Assembly: GCA_001179505.1 (NCBI GenBank) | Contig: CDMY01000220.1 | Span: 98,667 to 162,666 of the forward strand | Length of the DNA: 64,000 nt | From: Vitrella brassicaformis CCMP3155 | Lineage: Eukaryota > Protista > Chromerida | Direction: 5' to 3' | Part shown: piece after piece, positions 47,315 through 57,927 of the stretch | How the letters are laid out: every line of letters starts with the position of its first letter | How positions within the stretch are numbered: position 1 is the stretch's first letter | Translations under genes and position numbers: made by a program | The notes under the pieces: generated by a model | The model's database searches: none | What the model was told of the DNA's origin: nothing | The model's input: only the letters and a program-made list of their open reading frames with translations

Positions 47315-50300
47315 ACGGCATCCTGAAGGCCAGGGTCAGGACAGCAGCAGTGAGGAAGACCTCGACAAGGGTGGACGTGGCACGCAGCGAGCCGGAGCCT
47401 GTGTTCGTGGAGGCTTATGTCCTCGAGCCGCACAAACTGGCCTTCTTGTCCGAGGCCGGCAAGCCGCTGCCCGATCCTGAAAACGACAGTGATCTGGTGC
47501 AGACGCCCACCGTCGACAAGGGGCCTGTCACACGATTCCCAGCGGCAGAATGCAGTCTAGAGCTCCCATTTAAGAGGAAGGTGAGAAGGGACAGCGCATG
47601 AGCGAGAAAGAGCCTGAAAGGTATGTTTGTTGTGAATGCGCATACAGGAGGACATGATTCTGCTAAGAGTTGTCGACAGCAGCCTGACCGATTACCCTGC
47701 GCGTCTGGCTGAAGCGGTGCTGAGTCTGTCATCTCGTCGCCAGCCAACAAGTGAGCCACTACGCATTCCGTTGTCCCTTAATGCAGCCATCCTGCCAACC
47801 GCGACTATGCAATTGAATTACCATGTTGAGGATGATGAGAGCGGCGGGAGGACGGCCACAATCCAGATTCAGTCGGCTCAGAATATCCCAGTCACAGCCA
47901 ATAAGGCAATGAATGTCTATGTTGAGGCCTACCTCACCGAGCAGCTCTCTGGCAGCCAAGCTCAGCCATTCCCTCAGGAGGAAGAAGCACAAGTGCAAAA
48001 AAGGGTTGTTGCCGACCTCTTTGGACGAGTCAAGAAGGCTTTCTTCGGCATGTTTTCTCGCGAGACGGGGCCACAGGCTCCACCAGGACCACCGCTCGAC
48101 CGCCACGTCCCGTCCTACGCAATCACGGCAGCAGCGGATGTGGTCGAGGTGTCACCGGTGGATGAGCTGTCTTTCCAGTTCACCCAGACGGACATCGGCA
48201 AGAACGTCATCAAAGTCTCAGGTCCGAGGGATTTCGGTGCCCTTGTGTTGAGGGTCGGCTGGCTGCCCAAAGATGGGAGGAGAAGTGAAGGGTCGTTGCT
48301 GGGAGAGGTGGCACTGCCGATCAAGGACGCCCTCAGCAAACCTGAGTTCCGCAACGCGCAGGGCTACCGCTTGAAGAAATACGGCAGGGCTACGCAAAAA
48401 CCAATGTTTGTCCAATTCTTCGGCGAAACAAGCTACGTCTACCCACCGGAAGTGCAGGAGGCCCTGGACGGAGCCGGCGACGATGCCAAAGAGATCTTGA
48501 TAGTCCTCGCAGAGGAGGCGAGCAGACGCAGTGGGACGTATTTTGAAGAAACCAGGGCCGAGCCCAAACCGGCCGAGCGTGAGCAGGTCTTGGTTATGGA
48601 GAGACAGCAGGGGCGCTCTGTGCGGAAAGACGCGCTAGCACAGGCCATCCAGGGGGTCATGCTCTCTGAACATGCGGAGCCTGGCGAGGTGGAGCCGTTG
48701 CCGGAGGCGAGGGACCAGATGATGCAGGATATCATCAGACAAATCCGTGAGGAGGAGGAAGAGCTGTCCACAGAATCGATCAGCTTCACCCTGGACAAGG
48801 CTCTGGTCATGCTGCTCGACGAAGAAGAGTCAATGAAACAGTAAGACATCCCGGAAAAGTTGTTTGCTTACAATTGTATGTTTTTGCACATGCCTGTCTC
48901 AGGGACGCAGCCTTAGAGGCCTTGTTCTTGGATGCAAAAACGTCACGTGAGGGCGTGCGTGGAGTTTTTGTGGCGATTGATGTGACTGACTTTGGCTTAG
49001 TCTTGCGGAGAGGGTCGAATCAGGTCCAAATCGACTGCGTCCGCATTTGTGGAGTTGAATGGGCAGATGAGCCAATTGGCGAAGGTGAAGAGTCGGCTGA
49101 AAGCAGAAAATCTCAGAGATGGTATGGAAGACTCGCCAGGGGGTTCGAGACCGAGCATTTGTCTGGTGAGTCTGAAGCTGCCGTCAACTTGGTCGTTCGC
49201 GTCGACATCAGCCTGACGGTCCATTCGTCAACGAAGCTTCTCAAGGAAGCCATAGAGCAACGAGCGGCCCAGATGGAAGCCCCTGATCTTGAGGACCGGC
49301 TGAACGAGGTCCAAGTCCACCTTTTCTTGCCGAGAGAGGTCGCTGAGAGGTTCACTGAGACCATCAGGAGGGGCAGGCGTGCCTGGCAGATACGCCTATG
49401 GCACGTCGGTGAGGAGGAAAGCCGCCATGAGGAGGCAGAGGGTGACGAGACGCGACAAGCACAAGCAGCGGTGGACGAAGCAGCGGTCGAACTGGAAGAA
49501 ATCGAGGAGGTGAGAACACCACACCAACAAGACATGTGTATATTACAAGCTCGTGCAGGAAGAGGAGCCGTCTCACATATCTGTCGCTGCGGAATCGGCC
49601 ATTCACGGTCCTTCCGAAACCTCGAAGGCCGAGGCCGTTACATTTGAGAACGAAATCTATTCCTTCAGCAGCCTCGGAGCATCCTTTACGGCCTCAGTGA
49701 TTGATGTGGACTCTTCGGGACTGACGGTGTTGAAGAGGGCTCAAGTCGACGAAGAAATGGGAACCACTGACGAAGGGGGGCCTGCAAGCATCGGCATTCT
49801 TTTCGATGGTCTGGTGCAAGCACAGCTGCTCTCCTTCACAAGCGATGAGCACTTTCAGGAGACACTTGTACAAGAGAAGGTCCCCATCTCAATTGCACGC
49901 ACCTTGCAGCCCCCGTCTCCCTACCTGCTGACCCTGGCCCGCTGTGCGACAGCCACTGAGCCCTCAGTCTACATCATTGTCTCCACGTCGACTGCGGCAG
50001 TGGCGGAGGAGATTCTCCAAACAATAGAAGCATTCAGACGGTGATCAAGTATAGATGCACTTCGACGACCCTTTTCTCAGTGTCTTCCTGTCTGATATGC
50101 CCAGAAGTCACTTTCAAGCGCGACAAAAGCCGGAGAGTGCACCACCGGCCCCTTTGGAGCAGCCAGCGCCGGTCGCACCCGATTCGGCTGCAGAGAAGAA
50201 GTTCGAGAGACAGGACACAAGTGCACTCCCACAGGAGGAGCAGCAGATCCTCAGGCAAGTGGAGTTCCTTTCCTGGCCAAACACAAAGGTCGCGTCCAGT

Positions 50301-52015
50301 GTCTTCATGAGGAACCACCCGCTCGCAAAAGTGCTGCAGCCAAACGCAATGCTCACATCCATGCAGAGGTCAGCAGTGACAGCGGCCAGAACAGATGACG
50401 GCTTTGAGAACCTTTCTTTGCGTCGTGCCTCTCAGGTTTCTATTACTTGCATGTGCCACGTTGGGCACCGCATTTGTCGGCGCTCTGTTCTTCACGAGCA
50501 CGGCCACCGCTCTGCAGTGCGTACCTGTCGCTGCAAGCAACGTGACGGACAGCATAGCCGCCAACGACACGGACGTGCCCTCTCCGGCACCCAGCCTTCC
50601 AAAGGCGTCGTTCAGCATCCCGACTGATTTGCTCTACACGACGGATGACCAGTGGATAAAGGTCTTTGGGGACCTTGAAAGTGACCCAGAGGTGCTGCCT
50701 TTTATGTTTTCACACGGATGTCTGATCCGCTTCACCTGAACGATTGCTCTAGGTTTCGGCTACGGTGGGGCTGACCGACTACAGGCAATCAGTACTGGGA
50801 GACGTCATCTTTGTCGGCCAGCCCGTCGTCGGCATCGAGTTCAAACCGGTCGGTACACTTGTGTCTCATTTGCCGAAGGAAAGTGCTTTTTGTTCTTGCA
50901 ATCAGGGTGGTCTGGCCAGTGAGATCGAGACAATGACTCGGCTGATTCAGCTCAAGGCGCCCATTGGCGGAACAGTGTCTGAAACTAATAGGCGACTGGA
51001 CGACGCCGCATATATGATCAATGACAGTAAGAGTCCCGATCCGATGCACCAGGGCAGAGACACAAATCTCCTCCTTTGACAAAAATGACAGGCCCTTACA
51101 CTGAGGGATGGCTGTACAATGTCTCTGTCTGGTCGCTGAGCGAGCGGCAAAGGCTGCGATCGTCCTTCATGAGTACAGCCACTTAGCGGTCTCTCTCCCA
51201 CCAGTTGCTCACCAGGTGTCTGTCTCCCCTTCAGATGCGATATCGTACAATGCCTCGCTGCAGCAAAAGATCCTGGAGCAGCCTGCTGAAGAGGAGGAGG
51301 AAGCAGCGGTGCCCTGCGTCTATGAGGACCCCAACGAGGCAACATTTCAGATAAACTGGCGGCAGGTCTCGCCTGAAAGAAGAAAGAAAGAGGAGAATTC
51401 CCACAAGGAATGTCATTTTGTGGCTGCCGTCAGGTTTGGGTGGCGATATTCTCAATCGTCTTCTCTGTCCCCGTCCCCATGCTGCTCAAACAGCTGTTTG
51501 CCATGCGTGTGGTGCATCAGCCGATGCATCTGCAAGACAAAAAGAAACTCATCCGCCAATGGCGCAGAAAAGAGAAAGTTGGCGTAGTTCTCGGCTTCTG
51601 CTACCTATTCTGGTGCCTTTTCTTCCTCTTGATGTTCTGCGTAAGCCACATAAGAACAAGCCATAGGCACACTGCATTCTGCGACTGATTGTGCTCTGCT
51701 CGATTGCAGGTCACGACATCGAAGCTGCAAGACGTCTATGACTACATTATTACGACGACGCTGAGCTTTGCGCAGAAGATGATAGTCCGCCCGTTCTTCT
51801 TCGTCCTTGGCTTCTTCGGCCTAATCAAGATATCGACAATCGTCGACCACTTCGATGGGCTGCTGTCTGCCTGCCCCTCTTTCCTGGACTGGACCTTCCT
51901 GTTTGCAAATTCTCCTGAGGAGCTGATTGAGTCGTCGAAGGCCCTAGGGAGGCGGCTGGACGTCGACGAATTATCGGAGATAGGCGGCATACAAGACTTA
52001 GACATGTTCACGTAG
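47315..52015 (+). CDS. Large membrane protein: C2-like N-terminal domains, polycystin-1-like TM block, and an embedded glycine-cleavage H-protein-like domain (5' end upstream, unresolved)
   Basis: Long ORFs 47636-48844, 48874-49647 and 49553-50044 joined by GT-AG introns. HPLAKVLQPNAMLTSMQR|FLLLACATLGTAFVGALFF resembles the polycystin H..T..QR-TM motif. A GcvH-like segment lies at about 50605-51250, followed by three further TM segments to 52015. Confidence 0.7.
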
Positions 52016-52613
52016 CCAAGGCGACAGTCACTTGGCTCGTTGTGACTTTCCCCTTCATATTGTACTTAGACTTGATCTGTGTCTCTTTGCATTTATGCGG
52101 CCCCGCATGAGGACACGCGAGTGCACAAAAAGAGTGTCTCCAGACAGACATGAATGTGGTCATTGCAGTCCTTACAGACTCACCGCCATGCCATCACGAA
52201 TATCATCACACGCGTACACCACACGACCCACCCATCCTGCCTCACAATTAAAATATGTGGTGTGTAACCTCCAAGTCTCTTTCTCAGCAACATCTGCACG
52301 CCATCGCATCATTGACTCGACAACCACCGTACGCGCATGCGGCAGTCAATTGGCCAGCAAAACAAGCACATAGCTAATTAGCCTCACTGCTTGCTTCGTC
52401 GCTTGAGAGTGAGAGCATACCTGTTGACGCCTGACAGGACTATTCCCCCGTCATTCACACAGATACACACGCATCCGGCCCGCCATGTGGCTCTCGTCTC
52501 AGCCCCCCCAGCATGGACAAACGAACAACAGGCCAGTTGTGGACAGACTATGAAGGCAAGAAAGTTGTGTACGAACCGAAAAAATACAGCGAATGCGAGG
52601 GCGTCGGTCGCAG

Positions 52614-53708
52614 TCATGTGTCGAACCGCACGGTCATGTCCACCTGCCGCGTAGTGGCGCCAGTGCAGATGCGGCGTCTGCCGTTGCTCAGTTCACAGCC
52701 AGCGTCGCAGCCAGTGTCGATGCGGATATAGTTGCCGGACACCAGGGAGATTTCCGTCTTGGTCCTGATGCGCTCGCCAGGCTCGACGGGGACAGCCCCT
52801 TCGATACGCAGCTGGTAGTGATGTTTCTCAGGGCTGATCGTGATGACTGTCCCGGCCTCTGAAGGGAAAGCGCTGCTCGTGTTGGAGGTGAGACTGGTGA
52901 GAATCAGTCGGGCACGCGTCACGGTAGGTTGGGCGACGGTGTTGTCGATGGTCAGCCCGACGTGTGAGGTGGCAGTCATCTCGGAGCGGCCCTCGGGTGT
53001 CTTGACGGTGCGCCTCAGTATGGACACGGGCGACGTGTCGGCGTTGACTGTGCCATACCCTGCGGCCCAGCGGCAGTCCTCGAGAAACTGAATGGCCGCA
53101 TCGGCTTCCCACACGCGGATGTAGCTGTTGGCGTTGCCGGTGTTGATGGCCAAGTGACACGATGTGCTGCTCGGCTGTCCCGGGCCGGGGCACCGTGGTC
53201 GAGCCTCAGGACAAGAGCTGTCAAGCTCATCGATGTCGGAGGCGGTTGTCTGGGCGCGGGACTCCATGAAGAAAGGTACCTTCGCGGTTTACTTTGCCGT
53301 GTAGACCCAGTAGCCGCGGAGCGTGAGAGTGTCCTCGCATGGTCCGGGATCACCCCTAACTTCGCACCGCCCCACATGATTCGCCGCTGCCACGAGTCCC
53401 CCGCCGGACGCCGGGTACTCCCTGCGATTCGTACCGGGGATGATCGCGTACAGCCGGAAACCGGCCAGCACATTCGTGGTGGTGCTCAACCGGGTGCGCA
53501 GCTGCGCCTCAATCAGAACCTGCCTTCCAGCCTCGAGGAAAAGTGTCGAAGAGAATGTCTCGAAGTACTTCGACCTCTGTGGTGCACAGAGCCGCCCGCA
53601 GCGAAGCTCTTCGCTTAGCGCAAATGACTCGGCGAGGACCTCCGCGCAGTTCCCGAGGGCGAGGAACGAGACAGAGAGGAACGAGATAGAGAGGAAAGAC
53701 AGGGCCAT
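52614..53708 (-). CDS. Intron-poor secreted protein with two predicted beta-sandwich domains, interrupted by an in-frame TAA at 53289-53291 (pseudogene, readthrough or unrecognised intron)
   Basis: Signal peptide MALSFLSISFLSVSFLALGNCA. ORFs 53289-53708 and 52614-53267 are in the same frame, separated by TAA plus 7 sense codons. Confidence 0.6.
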
Positions 53709-54499
53709 TCACAAAGCGGGGGGACGAATGGCGCCTTCGGGTGGTTGCTATCGGTAGCGGGATCGGCGTAGCTTGGCGTCTAGCTGGTAGCTAGGCTAGC
53801 TGGTCGGCAGGAGGGGCCGCTTCAGCTGGGCCTGCGGGAGCGCCCGACGAGCTTCGGAGCTACGACGTCAGGCGCCTTTTTGGGAGGAGAGAGATGCTTG
53901 GCATTTTGTTTTCGTTTATTTTTATGATAATTGTTTTTTGTAATTGCTCCCGTGTGAATGATTGCCAACATGAACGACACACTCCCAGAGACAGACAGAC
54001 AGACAGACAGACCGGCTAATCGGGTAGACTGACAGGGTTGGCGCCCCAAGGGAGAGACAGAGCGGAAGATGGGCTCTGCGGTAACCACTTGCCCGACACC
54101 TGTGTTTTTCGCATGAGCGTCGGATCATCTCCACGGCCACTGATATGGGTAGGCCTCGATGTGATCGGTCGACGCCCATTTGCGATCAAGCGATAGATTA
54201 ATGTGCCATGTCGATGAGAGCCACACTGATTTAACCTAGAGTCGCGAAAAGCTACAAGTCGAAATGTCACGCGGACTCACAGCTGGACAGATCACTTTGA
54301 AAAGGGAAAAAGAAAACCACCTACTCCGGACACGTACACACCGACATGCACCTCTTTCGGCACACACGGGACAGTAAACAGCATCCCTGTGTGCGGATGT
54401 ATGTCACGCACACGTACAGCAAGATAACAGATCTAAGCGAATGGACGAGAGCAGTCAGTACTCCCGTAAGCAACAACACGGAAGCGCACGGGTATCTCT

Positions 54500-55330
54500 C
54501 TATGTCCCCCCACACCTTCGAGACCGTCGCAGCGAAAGCCTCCGAAACCACCCCCAGCGCTTTCTTCGCCTGCCCGCGTCCTCAAGGAACTGGCATGCTG
54601 TGCGTTCGAACCGGGAAAGGTCCGTGCGACAGAATGGGCAGAGCGAGGACGTCTCGCGACATTTTGCCGAGCAGTCACCGCACACGTTGGTGAGGCAGCA
54701 CGGGTACGGTGTGCGGACCAGCTGGGAGCGCGGCGACACGTCACTGAAAGCGTTCGAGCATATCGCACCTGTTATAAGAAACGATAAACATGCAGCTTGT
54801 GCAGTGNNNNNNNNNNNNNNNNNNNNNNNNNNNNNNNNNNNNNNNNNNNNNNNNNNNNNNNNNNNNNNNNNNNNNNNNNNNNNNNNNNNNNNNNNNNNNN
54901 NNNNNNNNNNNNNNNNNNNNNNNNNNNNNNNNNNNNNNNNNNNNNNNNNNNNNNNNNNNNNNNNNNNNNNNNNNNNNNNNNNNNNNNNNNNNNNNNNNNN
55001 NNNNNNNNNNNNNNNNNNNNNNNNNNNNNNNNNNNNNNNNNNNNNNNNNNNNNNNNNNNNNNNNNNNNNNNNNNNNNNNNNNNNNNNNNNNNNNNNNNNN
55101 NNNNNNATGATTAGGCCCTTCCGCAGTGCCCAGCCCGATGGCCACGACGAGGGTCCGAGAGGAGACCAGTTGATTATCACCATCAGGGCCAGCTGTCACA
55201 TAAACACACACCACACGGTGTCATCTGCGTGTCGGTCAGAGGCAAGGGAAGCGTACACACGCACCTGAATGGCCAGACGAGCAAATGCTCCCACGAGGTA
55301 GAACACGAGCAGCAGGAATGACATCACCAT
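54500..55330 (-). CDS. Small protein with N-terminal hydrophobic segment and C-terminal RING-like zinc finger (spans assembly gap)
   Basis: MVMSFLLLVFYLVGAFARLAIQ|LALMVIINW...[gap]...(C)AIC-x17-PCCLTNVCGDC-x10-CPFCR. The first Cys depends on a phase-1 splice from sequence hidden in the gap. Confidence 0.55.
54807..55106. other. Assembly gap (300 N)
   Basis: Run of N. Confidence 1.
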
Positions 55331-55619
55331 GCTAGAGGAGCGAGGTAGACTGAAGGCACAGACGCGGTTAGACGCAAGAGAGGTAGACTGAAGGCGCTAG
55401 ACGCGGTAGTTGTGTTCGGAAGACAGTGAGGAAGACAGACTGAAACATTATTGCCCTAAAACCTCGAATGGGGTAGGGATTCATGAAACCACTAATGGGG
55501 AGTGCCGAGATACAAGAGAGAGCTTGTCTTCTGCCTGTCTCCTCCCCTCACGACAGATCACGAAGCACACGATCAGATCTTTGCGTGGTGTCACACAGCG
55601 AGTCCCAAATCAAGGCAGG

Positions 55620-56810
55620 ATGACACCGGTGCGGCTTTATGCGGTCTTTCTCTTTTGCTGCGCAGCGAGCACAGCGGCCGCCGGAAGTGGTGACGTCAAG
55701 CAGGTCAGTCAGCCGCACTCAAGGCAGCCAGTCACTCACGCATCGTCTGCGTGTTCTGTGTTCTGTCTGTCTGCTTGGACCAGCGCCGTCGTCTCCGCGC
55801 AGTGCAGAAGGAGCGATTGACCGATGGCGGCCGAGGTGCCGTGATGAATCAACGAGACGGGGATCAGCGGCGAAAGCTGCAGTCCGTGCTGACGGAAGAG
55901 GAAATGGATCGGTTGACTGGCATATTCAACGGCACCGACAGTTCAAGCTCAGCCTCGACTCCAGCCTACTCGACGGGCTTGGGTTACAGTCGATGGGACT
56001 CGGGTGAGCAAAATGACAAGAGAAAGATAGCATGCCTCTCCGAAGCGGTCGTGTGTTTCTTTCAGCAGCTAGCACCAGCACAACTGGCAGCACATCCGGC
56101 AGCACCACCGGCAGCACCACCGGCAGCTCTGGGAACCCAAACGGCAACAGCGAAGTGGTACCACCGTCTAATGGGGACCTGTAAGCGTTCACTTCCTACT
56201 TAGCTAATGACTAGCTGACGACCCAGCCATGGTGTGACTGATGTCTCTCGTGGTTTCAGGAGTGTCCCTGAGAACAGCGGTGTCCTTGTGGACCCCAGGA
56301 GTGTCCCTGAGAACAGCGATGTCCTTGTGGACCCCAACGACCAGTAAGCATACGCTTCCTTCTGACGACGCACGCATCGTGTGAACGTTGATGTGACCTC
56401 GGTGGTCTCAGGGATGTCGAGGACCCTCCTGAGGCAGATGACCCGTAAGTGCATGCACCCAATCACAGAGTGTGCTCGTCGATCATCTTTTGCAGTCAAC
56501 AATTGGCAGGCCAGATGAGAACACGTGGCAAGGTGTGTTGCCTCCAACACAGGACAGCGAGAGTGGAAGAGGCTCCGGCCTGAGAGACAACGACCGTGGA
56601 GGTTCCAGCTTGAGAGACAACGACCGTGGAGGTTCCAGCGTAGGGAACGATGACAGAGGGCGGGATGACAGCCGGGGAGGTGGCGGTGGTGGTGTCGGCG
56701 GCCGAGATGACGGAGGAGGTGGTGGTTTCGGGAGCGACAGTGGGCCAGCTGGTGAGGATAATGGGGATGGGGGCAGTGACGGGGGGGATGGCGGTGATGG
56801 TGATGAATGA
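55620..56810 (+). CDS. Secreted low-complexity Ser/Thr/Gly/Asp-rich protein (multi-exon)
   Basis: Signal peptide MTPVRLYAVFLFCCAASTAAA, basic motifs RRRL and RRKLQ, a TTGS repeat exon, and a Gly/Asp-rich last exon ending GDGDE* at 56810. Confidence 0.65.
56237..56336 (+). repeat. 39-nt tandem duplication spanning a 3' splice site (SVPENS[G/D]VLVDP x2)
   Basis: caggagtgtccctgagaacagcg(g/a)tgtccttgtggaccc occurs twice in tandem. Confidence 0.9.
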
Positions 56811-57927
56811 AGGCATATATATAAGTCATTGCTCGTCACTGCAATGCCATGGCTGCCTCCAAAATTCTGGAGGGAAGGCCAAGAGGGAGTGCGTGCAGGG
56901 AGGGATATACATGCACATATGTGTGGCGGTGTACCTGCCAGTCTTCGTACGGTTCATACCTGCCTGTCTGTCTGTCTATCTATCTGTCTTGGCCGCTCAA
57001 TCTATGATCAATTAGTCAGTTAGTACGGTGTATTAGTCAGTTGTACGGTCATGCCGTGATTTTGATGTCGAGCAAGTGTATTTTTTCTTGTACTCACGCT
57101 CCTTCCCTCTCTATATGTGTGTGTTGTCACACGGGGGTGGGGGTGCAGCGGAAGAAGCGCGCGAGAGGCTGGCTGGCTTGCTGGTTCGCATGTGTGTGCA
57201 GCATCTATTATTTTGCATGGTTCTGGCCCCGGTCCAGTCTGCACTGTGATACGTTCGTGTATCCTGGTGCATGTGCGTTGCGACGAGTCAAGCTGATGGT
57301 CCAACACCTGTGCGCACTTTCTGCATTTTCCTGTATGCGTTGGTAGGACAGGGTTGACATTCATACAGCTGCAATAAGGTGGCTTATGAGTTTTTTGCCG
57401 GCAACTTGGGGCTGGGCGCGTGCATGCATGCGAGCAGAGCGAAACATGAATGTCACGTTGCATGTATCACGCTTGTTTGCAGTGTGCGACATCTTCTCGC
57501 AGTCAACGAACGTTGTCCATTGTTTCTGCATGTATTGTTTCCCTTCGCTTGCTTTACGAACTGATGCTGAAACGAATTTCGTCGCCCGTTTTATTTAAAA
57601 AAACAAAAACACACACACACACATGGTATGCCCTATTCGGCGATGGAAGTTAACAGCCCGAGGCATCCGTGCCCACATGCATTCGTCCCTGGGTTGAGAG
57701 TCACAATTAGTCCATCATGGGAAAATACCCGTGGATGGACACAACTTGATAACAACGAGCTACAGACACTCAAATGGACAAAGTCAACCCAGGCAAGTTC
57801 CTCACCCAAGATGGCTCACTCTGCTGGGATATGCAGAGCATCGCTTGGTGTATGCTGTGAAACGGTTTGGTCACGCGGAACGTCATATGCACATCCCTGG
57901 TGCCGATCTAATAGGTGATGAGGCTCC

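Noticed and set aside
54321-54551. 76-aa hydrophobic ORF next to the RING gene
   Set aside because: It overlaps the RING exon end in another frame, with no supporting splice sites or motif.
55342-55410. About 38-bp direct repeat (gaggtagactgaaggc...gacgcggt) as CRISPR or mobile element
   Set aside because: Only two degenerate copies, no unique spacers and no cas or transposase genes; eukaryotic intergenic DNA.
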